From NCBI GenBank assembly GCA_012295275.1, contig CM022672.1, forward strand, positions 3,906,001-3,970,000: a stretch of DNA of 64,000 bases, written 5' to 3'. Positions within the stretch are counted from its first letter, which is position 1. The number at the start of each line of letters is the position of its first letter. Shown one piece after another: positions 1 through 14,943 of the stretch. The position numbers were made by a program, and so were the translations under genes. The notes under the pieces are model-generated. The model was not told the DNA's origin, did no database searches, and worked only from the letters and a program-made list of their open reading frames with translations. The DNA comes from Chrysomallon squamiferum. Taxonomy: Eukaryota > Animalia > Mollusca.

Positions 1-323
1 CATGTGTGTTGTGTACTACACAAGTTTTCTTGTGTGCTGTGTATTATATGAGTTTTCATGTGTGTTGTGTACTACACAAGTTTTCGTGTGCTGTGTATTA
101 CATGAGTTTTCATGTGTGTTGTATAATACCCCCAAGTTTTCATATGTTGTGTATTACATGAGTTTACATGTGTGTTGTATACTACACCAGTTTTTGTGTG
201 TTATGTGTTCTACATGAGTTTACATATGTGTTGTATACTACACCAGTTTTTGTGTGTGATGTGTACTACACAAACTTTTATGTGTGTTGCACTACTTTTG
301 AGTTTTCTGTGTGTCGCACTACT
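1..323. repeat. Minisatellite, ~26-30 bp unit (ATGTGTGTTGTGTACTACACAAGTTTT-like), runs off the window start
   Basis: About 11-12 diverged copies can be read directly. Confidence 0.85.
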
Positions 324-3300
324 TACAGTGGAGTAGGGATGAGGAAATGACTGGGGTGTGTGCATGGATGTCGGGCAAGTGAAAACGGGAAGTGTGTTCA
401 GGGTTACGCAAGTACATGAACAACTTGACACATTTTCAGCTTTTCATACACAAATAAGTTACAATTATTGTACTGAGGTTTTGAAAAAGGCCATTATGTG
501 CCAGAAAAATATTTTTAATTATATATAAATATAAATAAATAATTAGAAACAATATATTAATATATTATATGTGATTATCAACACAATTTGAGGATGGATC
601 AGTAATAAATTATCTAAAAGTGGTGTTAAATATGTTAATTGAAAATAGCTAGTATAAACCAATAGCAATATTTCACAATATTTTTAACATCTATTTAAGT
701 ATCATATAATCATTTGGTTGCTGGGTTTTTTTTTAGTTTTATATATGTATATATACATGTATATACATACATGTGTACATTAGATGACTGTGATTAACTG
801 GAAAGAACAAATTAAATTGTTGTTTATGAAATTAAAATTATTTAATAGCGTGGTTTTAATTATATAAAAATAATAACAGCTCTTGTATGCATAATAATTA
901 GTCTCAGTATCATACAAAACATAGTTATAACTTTTACAACTGTGTGTTTATGTATGTATGTATGTCTGTAGTGTAAATCTTACACAGAATTTAATAAGAC
1001 TAGTATTGTTCAAACCATCCAACACTATCATGTACTCTTAGGTCTTAGTGGCTAATAAATATCAGTATTATACCCACTTAAAGAACAAGTACATGCAGAC
1101 ACTGTAATAAAACTATAATATTACTAGTGCATTATACATGTATACAATTAGAGATATCCTATACATACTAGTAAATAAACACATTGTATGTGTGGATACA
1201 CTGATACAGTACCTGTATTTTAATCTGCATATGCTTCAAGTGGGTCAGACATAAACATCTGCTTGGTTTTAAAGCCCACCTTGTTGAAATTACCCAGACT
1301 TTGTATCCAGTTACAGACTAAATAAGAAACTAAGAAATTAATCTCCACAGATAGATTTCTTCTCCTTGACCAAGTCTTAGTGTCAACAATGATTTTATTG
1401 TATGCGCCACTGTTTTGCTGTTTTTATTTACTGTATTATATTACACATTAATCTTGCCTTTCTTTTTATCTTCTAGCTGACAGCTATAGATATGGTAAAC
1501 TTGACACCTTATTTTTTCTCTCTTTCTCGTTTTTCCTTTGTTTGTTTGTGAAAAGTAATTTTCACGTTTTTGGTTTGGTTTATGTTTTCTTTCAGGCCTG
1601 TTCTCAACTTTTATTTAGATTTTAATTCTTAAAGTTTGAAAAAAAAAAAAGGTTTAAAGTTTTTAAAGTTTTTTTTTAATGCTTTTGTTACATTGTAGTT
1701 TACAAAAATAGAGTGCAGACTGCAGATATAAAGGTTAACAGAGTCAAGAAGTTAATGTATGAAAAAACAATAATGAAAACAAATCAGAAAAAAAAAGAGA
1801 ACAAAAAAAGGTGAAAAAAAGCCTTTAGTCATTCCGGTTAATATAATAGGGTTGAAAACCAGTATTCAAAACAGGAAAGAACAAAATCCATTTGTTAGGA
1901 ACCATATAAAAAAATATAAAACAAGAATATCCTGAAGTAAAATTCATAAATTATTTATATAAAATAACAATTATGATTATAATTTATTTCATATTTTAAA
2001 TTATAAAAAAGTTATAAATCATAAATATTATTAGTATGACTTGTGTAAAATTAAATCCCATTTAAAGATTGTAATATCTTCATAAATTTAAAAATCTTTT
2101 TTAAGTCTTTGGGTATATATTAATATTAGTAACGATTATTTTTATTTAAATCTTTTGTTGAGAAGGCCTGAATTTCGTCACATTGTATTGAAGTTTACCT
2201 ATTGGTTAATTTTTTTTTTCTTTTTTCGTGCTGATTTATTTGTGATTATAATGATCATAGATATACCCTGGTAATTTGCATGTGTTGGATTTTTATGATG
2301 TTGTTATTTTTTATAATGTTTGTGATCAACATACTGTGTGTTTTCAGTCAGATGATAATTAGCACCTGTGTAATAGCACATACTTATAAACATTAAAAAT
2401 TTGCAGTGTATTAGACTGTGTCACATACAGATAAGTATTACATATGGTTTTAAAATACAGATTAAAGTATTACATTTTTATTCACACGATTTAATATATG
2501 TTGTAAAATGTGTTAAAATAAGTATAAAGACAGCATATTACATACAGCTATTTTAATTCATTTATATAATATTTTGAGTATGTAATATAGTCTTAATTTT
2601 TGCATATACTTGGGCTAACTGCTTCCTAAGTTCTGTAAATGCACAATGATTATTATTACTTTAAATCAAATGATCAAGTTTTTTTCTGTAAGTTGTTTTG
2701 AAATGAAAGTTACTAACAGAATTTTAATGACATTTAAGTTTATTTATTAATTATTAAACAAAAATAAACCTCTAAAGAAAGTCAAACATGTTTTCACTTT
2801 AAGCTGACAAAAACATCTGTTTAGAATAATCTACAGTGAACTTGCTTACAAAATATTTAGATTAACATGATTACATTCTGTTCTCTCAACAGTTTTGTAT
2901 AAAACACATTGAGATTATTTTGATTAAGGGATCACATACATTCACTAAGGAATTTTTAGTTAATTTTGAACTATTTTATTTCAAACACAAATGTAAAATA
3001 TAAATTTCAGATGAACTTAATTTTGTTAACAGTGGATTTTGGGGAGGGTTTATTTGTGTGTTTTCTATTTTTTTTTACTTAGTTTTATATAAATTTTATG
3101 AGATGAATTACGTCAGATAGAAGTCAATACTTTCATCTTTTCAAAGGTTACTGCAGTAAATGTGGTTTGTAATGCGGTTATAAGAAAGAATAACTACTTT
3201 GTGTTGTTCTCAATAACATTTACTTTATAGCAAATTATTGTTTTAAACTCATTTTAAATATCTACATCAAAAAGAAACCTTGTCCATTGATTCAGGAAAA

Positions 3301-3344
3301 TAGCATTTACAATGATTTATTAGCATATTTTTTCAAAGAAAAAG

Positions 3345-3390
<46 letters not shown>

Positions 3391-3459
3391 GGTATTAAAG
3401 GAATTTTTAAAGTGTATAGTAAAACCTGCTATAAAAATAGTAACTAAAATAGAATCTGT

Positions 3460-4165
3460 TTAACATTTAGTAGCCAATAACCTTCAACAAAGAAGAAAGG
3501 TAAATGTTATTTATGTTGTACGTGAAAGAAACTTGTGAAAAGAAGATAGTCAGCAATTTTAAAAAAGGGGAAAAAAAAACAGTTTCTGTTATACAAACCT
3601 GTAGAAAAAGTTTTATTTTTGTAGCCAGTGTTAAATAAAAAAAAAAAAAAATTAAAAAACATTAATATGTAAAAGAAAGTAGCATTTAGTGTCCAGTCAT
3701 TCTGAAGGTAGAGGAAAGGTAAAAATTTATTTCAAATACAGAATAATCTTTTGTAGCCATTTTTCATGAGGTTAGCCAAAAAACAAATGTTTGTTTTATA
3801 TGTAAAACAGAATTGCAAAGAAAGCAGTATTTAGTAAACAAGATAGAGAAAAGACAAACATTTCTTACACATGTAATAGAAAATGTTGACAGAAGTATCA
3901 TTTAGCAGCCAATCATCCTCTTGAAGCTAGAGAAAGAAAAATGTTTATTTTATATGTGAAAGAAAATGCACAGAAAGTAGCATGCAGTACTTAATCAGCT
4001 TAAAGGTTGAGAAATGTTTGTTTATTCTATATATATATAAAAGAAATAGTTGTAAATAAAGTATCGTTTAGCAGCCAATCATCTTAAAGGCAGAGGGAAG
4101 GTGAATGTTTATGTTGTGTGTAGAGTAAGCTGTTGTGAGGAAAGTAGCTTTTAGTAGCCATTAAT
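3460..4165. repeat. Old degenerate tandem repeat, ~75-90 bp unit
   Basis: Recurrent AAGTAGCATTTAG(C/T)AGCCAATCAT..AAGG.AGAG.AAGG..AATGTTTAT. Confidence 0.6.
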
Positions 4166-7100
4166 TGTTGCTCTTGGTGACAGAATTGGCTGGAGAGAAG
4201 CGGAGCAGTAAACAAACAGGCCACTGAACAGGATGAGCTATTGTTACACAGATGTTTCCAGCTGGCCGGCTTCATTCCTGGAAGACTTGCAGAATGTTTT
4301 CATCGTGTATCGTATATCAGTGTGTTAGTTTGAAAATCAATAAGTAAATAACTGTCAGCCTTATCTGATGGAACGGTGCTATAGAATACACACAGTGTTT
4401 CAGCAGGTCGCGGAAAAAGCAGGTTTCATGCTCGATACTTTGCCTTCCTGTTCCTCGTGGAATCAATGAGTGTTTGGTTTAACAACACACTGACATGTTT
4501 TAATGTTAATGGTTATTATGTGTCAAACACGATTTTTGAATAACGATAATTATGGCCACCTTGTCTAGTATTACTCTCACCAGTTTTGGTTGCGAGGATA
4601 TTTTATTTGTACTTTCTTACAAACTTCATAAGTACAGCATTTGTTACACTTGGTATTCAAGACAGATCATATCCCTGATAAAATCTAAAGCAAACATTAA
4701 CAGCATCAAATTACCTTTCTTAATAAATTTCCAAGCATTCATATTTTGTAGGCATCTTCTAACATGGAAGTAAAACACCAGAGTTTTTGATACTGGACCT
4801 TTAACTTGACAAGGATGACACATAATAAAACTGATGACATTTCAAAAAAAAAAGTTTAATTATAAATTGCCAATGATCCAGTTCCAGTTTCTGATAAATT
4901 CCTTCCTGCAAATATGAACAAGTCATAAAAAAAGATTCTTTCATTTTTGAGTTATTTCCTGTTTCAGTTAGTTACTCCAGAACTGTGTCGTACACTAACT
5001 TTTTTATTCCATAAGATTTTGTATTTGCATAACCATATACATTGTTTTTATTTAAATTGTAAATAGACTTGTTAACATATTCATTATGGTCAACAGACTT
5101 TTTAAAATATTTTTTCCTCAATCTGCGCAATACTGTGCACTCAACAGCTGATGCAATATTCTGATGAGTTGTTGTTAAACTCTCGTATGTTAATTCCACG
5201 ATGTGAGGACCTAGCGATAGAAAGCAATTTGTGACAAAAGAAGGTTTCCTTTGTTGTTAAATCTTCATGTGATTGATATAAAACTGTGCTGTTATCTACA
5301 GACAAGTTAGAGACGTGCTGTAATTGAAATACAGACAGTTTTGAAATAAATAATGGCTTTCCAGAGTATGGAATTATGACAGATTGCAGAATTTCATTTC
5401 ATGTTTCTGTGAGTAATGGTTTTGAAAAAAAAAAAAAAAAATTTAAAAAATACATTTCAAAAATTGAATCCCCAGGACATTGTCACTTCAAGAAAATAAG
5501 ATATGGAAGAACAAAAAAAAATTCAATAAAGTTTTTTTGAAAATTCTAACCTGGATCCTCGGGATATTGTTAGTAAATTGAGCTTACAGACAAGGAGTCA
5601 AAGTAATAATAATAATAAAAAATTCAGTGTAGTTTTCAGGACATTTGCAAACAAATTAGGTAGGAAGAACACTTCGCATATAAAAATTTAAAAAAAGAGA
5701 AGAGAAATTTAGATGCTTAGTTTTAGTATTTCTTACCGATAATCTGTAAAGCAGTGTACTCACATTGAATATAGGTAGTTTTGAAAAACAATGAACAATA
5801 TTTTGGTGATTTCTTTCTTTCTTTCTTTCTTTTCCATTTTTTTTCCTCTATGTCTTTTTCTTTTCTTTTTTCTTTTATTATTAATTTCTTTTCTGGTTTT
5901 TCTTTTATTTTTTGTTGTTGCTGAAAAGTTGCATTTCTCTGCTACGGTTAGTGTGCAGGCTGACAGATTGTGATAGAGTACAGACTTACAGATGAAAGGA
6001 CAGTTTAAATTTCACCTGGAGGATATCCATTTTGTCTCAGTGGTTTTATTCTCCTTGTCTCTGTGGGATGTCTTTGAGACGGTCATGGTGAAACAGTTCC
6101 GTGGAAAACCCTGTCACTGGGTTGAGAATAATAATAAAGTGACATCAGGCAGGGGTTCCAAACTGCAATCTGCTTCCATTCTTCAGCTCCTTTATTCAGA
6201 AAATTAAACCAATCACGTTAGTCATGTTGAAGAAAAAAAATGCCCACACACTTTTGATAGTTCATTAGGTGCAGTGTCCATCAAACACATTACAAGTGGT
6301 TGTAAAGAATGTAGTACATAAATAAACCATTAGGCTGCTTTCATATGTAAATAAAATGCTTTATGAAAGTATGATTCTTTAAATATCATATATTATATAC
6401 ATATATTTATATTTTTTTTATTTTATTTATATATATAAAATAAATTCTTACCAATTTAATTCCAGAAAATGCTTCTTTTTTTTTTTTTAAATGTTTATTA
6501 CAAAATGTACAATATTTGAATTTTTAAATTATTTTCTCTGTATTGAAATTTCAGTTTTTTTCAGTTCATTTCTAGTGTTTTTCATTCAAATATTTATTTA
6601 ACCTGTTAATATCTCGGACATGTTTCAACAACAACAAGCGCAACAACAAAGTACTAGAAATTTTACTTCATGAATGTGAATTTTCTAACAATTCTTTCTG
6701 GTCAGTGTGCTTTTCGTTTCATCTTCCTGTGGTCATCAGTCCTGAATAAAAGCTGTGAATGTTTTTCTAGTGGCACAGATATTTCAGTTCAAAAACCTGG
6801 CCACCTCACTGTTTTCATTGTTTTCACTTTTGTGGAATGTTTGTTAAGTGGGAGTCCAGGAATTAAAGATACCTCAGCCAAGCATGTCAACGTTTTTCTT
6901 TTTGTTTTTTTTTCTTACCAACCGTTTCAAGTCAAATAGGTGATTGTGAAGTTGGGCAGAGAGATGGAATTAAATGTTGAACTGCACTTGTATGGATATT
7001 TTAAAACAATGTTTCTCATCTCATTTATATAATTGTCTACCATGTTGTTGTCAGGTATTTGCAGGTATAATAAATATTTTATTTTATATCTGTCTACATT

Positions 7101-9037
7101 TAGGATTCCTAAAATAATAACTTTTTAATATTTATAGTTTGTTGTTGTTGTTGTTGTTGTTACTGCTGCTGTTTTATAAAAATTAAATATAATCCCATTA
7201 ACATAGCAAACTACTATTACTGCATACTATTATCAATTTTATTTTCATTGTTTTCATATCTATCATAAAATGTTTCATGCTCTAATATGTTGAGGAAGTC
7301 ATCCAAAATTTGATACATTGGTTTCATTGAAGCAGTATAGACTCAACTGCATTTTTCAGTTTGACCCAAAATCTCTTCACATCCGAGTTATCTTATTTTA
7401 CATGATTCATTTTACCTGTTTCCAATTGCCACAATTTTTTATTTAAAAAAAAAAATAAAATAAAACACTTCAGTACATACCATAACCATTTAAAAAAAAA
7501 AAAAAAAAAAAAAAAACCTCTCTCAACACCCTGTCTAGAGTGGGAATGTAATGAAATGAACATCCTGAAGATTATTGATCTTGTCATGTTTTTGATTTTC
7601 TGCAGAAGTGTGTATGCTAGACATACCAGTTAATAATTTGTCTGCTCTGACATGCTGGGGATTAGCTAAACGAACATGGAAGAATTGTCCTGTCAGGATT
7701 CACTGTCTGCCGTGACAAGATACGTCCAGCAGGAAATGATGCCAGCTAACAGTTTGTCTCAGCTTCTGAAAAGCAAGCAAATGCCAGTTCTGCATGTTGG
7801 TACAAATGAATACTCGAAAAATTCTAGTCAGAATTCTCAACAGGCTCTTCTTGGCAACAAAAAAAAAAAAATTCAGAGAACTTTTTTTTTTATGCCATGA
7901 ACCAGTATGAATGGATGGTCTCCTTCAAACTACTAGTTAATATTCACAGTCTGTCCTGATGACAAATATCAAGCAGTTTTATGCAAGGAAGGACTCTGCC
8001 AGATTCAGAGATACAAATGTTATTCTCAGTAAGATGTTGATGGACTGTGGCTTGGGAAAACTTGGCATTTGTGAACTTCGGTGTATTTATATGTCTGCTA
8101 TTTCATATTCCTACATACTTACATTTCTGTTGTAATTATATTTTTAGCTCTCTGTTCATGAGGTTTTGAATTTTTCTTAAAATATATCAATATACTTAAC
8201 ATTTTTTTGTGACTTTAATTAATAGGGTGAAATAATGATACGGTGCTATGTTAATACTTTTCACTATGTATCTTAACAACAGTGTGAAATATGTATATGC
8301 TCAAAGTATGTATACATCTATCTATTTATGTACCAGCTCATAATGTGTGTGTCTGCATACATGTGCCTGTGATTAATAGGGTGAAATACACAACACAAAC
8401 CATCTTGGACGAGCAGATCAATCAATGACACACCATGCTGTTAGATTTGTACACGAAATAAAAGTCTTTATGTTGTAACGTGATCGGTTTAGCCAGGGGC
8501 TTCTCAGTACAGTTCTGATAGCAACACACACAATTCAAACGTACAGGAGGCTTCTGGGAAGGCTTTTTTTTTTAATTTTTTTTTTTTTTAACTTTTTTTA
8601 TTATTATTTTAAATTTTAATATTTAAAATATGGGTCATAAGTTCGAATGTACTCATTTTATTCTCGCTGTCATTTTGATGATGTTTGTAAATGAGCTGCA
8701 TGAGGTTTCACAGAACTTTACAAAAATAATATTTTATATAGAATGCTTTTCTTTTTTTTCTTTTTTTTTTAAGAATATATTTTGATTGTAACAGATCATC
8801 TTGACAGTGACAATACTGGTTACTTTCAATGCTGTTTACTGCTAAAAACCTAAAACTGTTAAGAATAAATAAAACTCTGATAATATTTGCATATGTATTA
8901 TACCAAACTGACACAGTGACTACAAGATCAAACAGAATAAATTTGACTTTATTTACTATACTCAACTAAAAAAATTACAGTTTCTTGAAAAGATTATACA
9001 AATTTTAGTATATTTACAACATTAAACTCCGACAATC

Positions 9038-9197
9038 CCTAAGCATGCTTTTTACTAGAATATCTTAACTCACTGACTTTAAGAATATTTACTACAGCGC
9101 ACTATAGCAATTGCTTAAGATGCTATTTATTAGAACAACATAACTCACTGACTTTAAGAATATTTACTATAGTGCACTATGGCAGTCACTTAAGATG
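9038..9197. repeat. 75-bp tandem duplication
   Basis: TAACTCACTGACTTTAAGAATATTTACTA at 9066 and 9141. Confidence 0.85.
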
Positions 9198-11580
9198 GGT
9201 GTTTTCTTAACAGTATATCAGTAGTGACCTTTACGTGATGTTTTCTAATCATCTGACAGAAGCAAGGCTGTAATCTCTGAACTGATGGGACACAATTACT
9301 GTCGTCTGATAAATAATAGATGTACAAGATATTGACTTTCTTCAAAATGCTTTGCTGATGGTTTAACAGTCCATTGCTTGACAAAAATAGAAATTATTGA
9401 AAAGTCTAAGGGCTTCTTTCTCTTTTTCTTCCTTTCTTTTTTTTATTTTCTTTACAGACGTGGAACGTTATATTGTATATGTTATTTGTAATCGTTATAG
9501 TGTTTTGTTGCTAAAGGTTATTTTTGGATTCAGTTCCCCCCCTGAAAAATAAACAGTTTCTGAAATGTTTTCTCTTGTCTTCCAACCATGTTTTGTTTGT
9601 GAGTGTTATAAATATTCTTTTGTTTCAAAGCAAAGATTTTTGAAAATGTAAGACATGCAATTGTATGCTTGTGCTGAAATAACTCGTCGGAAGTTTCTGA
9701 AAGAATGTATCTGCATGCTGTATGTTTGGTACAATTATTGTCTGTATCAGCTTGTCAGTGTATCTTTGGACTGGTGTGTAGGAATATACTATATGCATGC
9801 ACGTTTCATTCATTCAGAAAGGTATATGCGAAGGGCTTGTACTATACAGCTGTATTTGATATGTATGTGGATGAGTTTGTATGTATATGTGTATGTATGT
9901 AAGTATGCATTCATATGTATGTTTAGGTGTGCATGAATATATGTATATGAATGTTGATATAAGTTCAGTATCTATACACATAGCCATTTTTTTTTTTTTT
10001 TTTCCAGAATAAGGTCAAAAGTTGTTAATCTGTTTCCAACTACATTAATAAACAGATCTGTCGTACAATTCCGATTTCAGAATGACAATTTGTAATTCAA
10101 TTGACAAACACTGCAGGATCTCCACAGAACCATTCTGTTGTCTGTTCGGAAGGTCGTCCATCACTGCCAAACACACATCCTGTAATGGGACTCTCAGTAT
10201 TCTTCTGGCCCTGGACAAACGAGCTTTAATTCCCCACTGAGCATTTAATTAGTTTCTCATTCAGAAACAAGGCCTGATTACAAGTCTAATTGTTTCTCGC
10301 CATGTTCTGGGCTACCACGGCAACATTTGCAGTATTTTCACAATGTGAAAGTTAACTGTGCAGCTGGCTTGCATAAACTAGACACATTGGCAGTACATTG
10401 GATTTAGTGCGGTATTAGAGAGATTTAAAAATAATTGCTTTTCAATTATTCCTGACATAAATACAAAGCAATTTGCAGAAGCATTTTAGCGTCGAGAAGC
10501 AAAGGTGGTACAGGAGGGGGGGTCAATATTTTCTTTTGGTAACATGAGTTTATTTGAATTTTTTTCTTTTTAATTATATCTTCTTTTTTTTTTTCTTTCT
10601 TGTTTCAAAAAAAAAAAAAATCTTGTATTTTTTTTCTTTCATTTTTGTTCTTGTTTACAGTAAAGAAAATAAAATTGAAATTTTTTTTTTTTTTTTTTAA
10701 ATTCTTTAGAGGAAAAAACAAACAGGTCTGATATTTGGTTTCTTAGCAATTTAAAAGACAGGTTTTAAGAAAGTGGTATTTTAAAACTTTTAAAAGGGCC
10801 ACTATTTTTTTCTTTTTTTCTTTTTCAAAACATTTTGAAAATATTCAGCATTTCAGTAGTAAATATAGACACTTACACACACCCACTCTTTCATTCTCTC
10901 CTTCTCTGTCTCTCTCTCCCTCCCTCCATCTCTCTCTCTCTCCACAAAATATTTTTGTTTTTAATTTAAATTGTTTTGTCTCCCTTCCTATTTCTTGTAA
11001 GAACACATTTTGTTTAACTTCAAAATTCAATTTAAATCTGTATTTCACAAAGCAAAAAAAACAACATTATCTTTGCATGTCACATCTTGTTGGGTCTTGT
11101 GTTTCAGTCACCTCAAACTTACAACAAAGAATTTATTTTTATTTAAATATGTGCTGAGTTTCATAAAAATTTGATAGACGTATCTTTCATCAGTTTTGCA
11201 GCAGAATTATCTGCCCCTGTCACGTATTGTTTGTTTTACATTTCATCATGGCCTGCAGTGGCTTTCATCGTAAGAAATATTTTTCCTTGCATTACATTAC
11301 ATTTCATTGATAGTTTTATCTGCACCAAATTTTTCACTGAGAAAATGCGATAATTCCTGTTTAAGCAATAACACTTGGATAGGTTATCCACATTAAAATT
11401 CAGGAAATGTAATCTCCATATATACTACATCTCTCTGTTTAGAGCGTTAAAAAGTTTTAAACATCTTTAATTTATTACATGTAGTTAAGGATTTTGTTTT
11501 TTAATTTTGTAAATTTATCTTTTTGTTTTTCTTTTCTTTTTTAATATAGGCTTACTATTACTATTTTTATTTTTATTTTT

Positions 11581-11615
<35 letters not shown>

Positions 11616-14600
11616 TGTATGTAAAACATATTTTGTTCATTGTTATTGTAACCAGTATAAACAGTAAATTTTTAAGCCACATAAAAAGATTTTGATCTGT
11701 TTATATGATTTATAATGCGTAAACATTGGCATCTTGGAAAAGTTTTACAAACTCAGAACAGTTTTTTATTCTTTCTTATTACACTGTAAGCATTTTTTTT
11801 TGTTTTACCAAACTGAGAAGTCGTACATAAATTTTGTAAACAAGACTCATATACTCAGCTTGTTTGGTAATAATGCTTTCTAATTATATCTCTCGTTTCA
11901 CTATTGGATTCCAAAATGTGGACCTCTATTTAAAGACTGCTTTGAAGACTGTACTGCTATCTAAGCCTTGGTTATCATGTCTTGTCAAGAGCAGATAACA
12001 CATACTAAATTGCCATTGTTTTACTCACGAAACATGCTTCAAATGGTCGACCATGTTCACATTATAAATACTCAGACATTGCAAGACTTTGCAGGAATGT
12101 TGGCACTTGCTTTTACTGGTGATCACATTTTACCGTGTTGGCAGAGAAAATTCTTGCACGAGACAGAATCAGAATTGAGATTAATGCTTCTGGAAGGAAA
12201 ACAAGATACTGATGAGGATAATAAAAATTGTTTGCTTCACAATTTATTGACTTGTTGAAAATTTATTTTCTCTTGTTTTTGTGAAAATTTTGTTGTTAAG
12301 AAAGACGTTTCTGATGTTCAAGAATTTTAAAAAGATATTTTCATATTAAGAATTTTAAATATTTAAGCTACAAAATATGTTCAACAGTAAATATTCAAAA
12401 TCATGTATGAAATCCAGGCTTGTTAGTCAGTAACACAGAATAGTAAATATTCCACTTCATATATGAATTAATATTCTTAGCAACAACATATTATTATATA
12501 TTTCCACTTACATTAAATGACATACCAATTTCATTAATGAAGATTATTCTAAGAGGCATTCCACAATAAATCAAAGCATAATTACAATCAATTGAGAAAC
12601 TTGGCACAGAGAGGGGAAAAAAAAAAAAAGTTTGTTTTGCTGTTATCCCAACAACATGGTTGCTAATTGTTTTAAAGCAGAGAAAAACTCCACAAACTGA
12701 AAGTAAACAGCTGGAGAAGGAGAACTCTTCAGGTTTTGATGAGAAACTATGTGTGGAATCCGTGTTCGAAATGTCGGGTGAAAAAAGCAAAGTGAGATCA
12801 ACTGGCCTGATAAGACGTGAACGACTTTGAAATAGTGACAGTGAAATCACATACGATGATCTGGTTTAAGTCGTGGCCAATTGTTGTAGCCCTCCGCAAA
12901 CAGTCAACATTTCCAACAGCTCGGCCTGTCACTCAGAAATTTGCCAACATGTGCAACGTGCTGATGAGGCCAGAGCTCTGCCAAAAGAAATTTCTTCTGT
13001 CATTCATTTCACTTACAGCAGCAGCAACCCTTGGATTTTTGTTGCTTTGCTCACGAAGCTTGCTTACAAGCACTGTAGCAACAATACCCCCACTGAATTG
13101 GGTGATTTCTGGTCCCAGTCATCATTTTTTGGATTTGTCACTTATTCATGCCTGCCTTCACTGCTTTACTGCACTGTTGTGATGCAATACCATTCATTGA
13201 TTTGTGGGATTCTACTAGTCTGGGTCACAGCAATCCCATGGTATATATTAACATTATGGTCATAATTCCAAATAACGGTGAGATCTGTTGAAGTCAGAAT
13301 TATGCTTTAAGTCCCGCGGGCTTGTTGGACTTCTGGACAAAACATTGCATGGCAAGACTTCGAAGCAGTCCTGTGAAAATGTGGGATTTCTGGACTCATT
13401 TGCTGGTGAATACCAGCTGTATGCTACACTCCCGTGGAAAGGGTATTATTTCTTCCCGAGCAGTAGCAGTGATAAATTGTTGGTTGAGTATTATTACTTA
13501 CTAGACATTCCTCCTGCTAGACAAGTATTTCAGTCTATATACTACAACAATAAATGTTTTCTGTCTGGGCAGACAAAATCCCATTTAAAAAAAAAAAAAA
13601 AAAAAAATTTGTCTGTCTCATATGCTATGAATGAGTATGATTCTACTATGAATTTAATGAAAACAAAATTATTTAAAAATTAAAATCACTAACAATATCT
13701 GTAAACTTATCCATGCGTTACTTTCACAATATTATTATTTTTTAAAATTAATTTATTTATGGGTTGTTACGGAGAAAGAAGATTAAGTTACAAACTGTGT
13801 TTATCTTGCAAGCTGTGAATCACCAGGATAGTGAAATAAATGAAAACAGAATTAATTTCATTTTGAATTCTTGTTAACAATAGTTACAGTCTACTTCATC
13901 TATTATTTTAAATCTCTAAACTGCTAAGTTGTCAGTGCCCACACTTCATGTGTTTGCGTGTTTAATTTATACAAATATAAATAATGTATGTAATGTCAAT
14001 TTCAAACTTTGAACACTTAAAAGAATGCTGATATCTCTAATTTGTACAAACAAATGCAACATCTAACATTGTTTTTCATGACTTTCAGCAGTCACTTTAC
14101 ATGAATTACAACATGTTCTGTCATGATTAATATTTGTGATTTTAAACATAACAGTTCTTTCCTTGTTTTCAACAAAACTTACTGAAATTTATTTGCTATT
14201 ATTTTTAACTTTTTTTCTTTTTTCTTTTTTTTTGTGCGTTGAGATGTTTTCAACAAAAACTGGCTTTCTCTTTCTCTCTCTTTTTTTTTTTTTTTTTTTA
14301 CATAATTGTACATGATCTTCAACATGGGATTTTTCTTCTTCTTCTTCTTCTTCTTCAAGATTACTGCCACAACCATTGTACGTTGGAATGTAATTCTAAA
14401 TGACATTTTTTCTTTACAGTTAGCGGCATGTTCACAGCTTGGTGCTAAGTTGTCAGTGCCCACACTTCATGTGTTTTCTGTCTCTTTCTCTTTGTCTGCC
14501 TGTCTGTTAGGCTGTCTGTTGTTGTTTGAGTTTCATGTAGAAAATCTCACACACAGAGTCACAGTCCCCTGTGACTGCTTCTGTGTGACAGTGGGGGCCA

Positions 14601-14651
14601 CAGGAACACGCTTCTGCTATATACACACAGAAAAAAACTAGAGTGAGACTT

Positions 14652-14713
<62 letters not shown>

Positions 14714-14759
14714 TTATTATTATTATCATTATTTTTATTATTATTATATATATTATTTT

Positions 14760-14790
<31 letters not shown>

Positions 14791-14879
14791 TTATTTTTAT
14801 TATTATTATTATTATTTTATTATTATTATTTTTATTATTATTATTATTTTTATTATTATTATTATTATATTTATTATCA

Positions 14880-14940
<61 letters not shown>
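14652..14940. repeat. Imperfect (ATT)n microsatellite, ~290 bp
   Basis: Read directly; source of the poly-L/Y/I/N pseudo-ORFs. Confidence 0.95.

Positions 14941-14943
<3 letters not shown>

Noticed and set aside
2-350. Cys-rich repetitive ORFs, or a CRISPR-like array
   Set aside because: Plain minisatellite with no unique spacers, in a eukaryotic context with no cas genes
7045-7070. Tandem CAG|GTAT possible ratchet points
   Set aside because: Weak donors (GTATTT, GTATAA) and a poor pyrimidine tract; expected by chance
12817-13683. Cluster of overlapping 120-130 aa ORFs
   Set aside because: Non-ATG starts, no recognisable domain, and one runs through a poly-A tract
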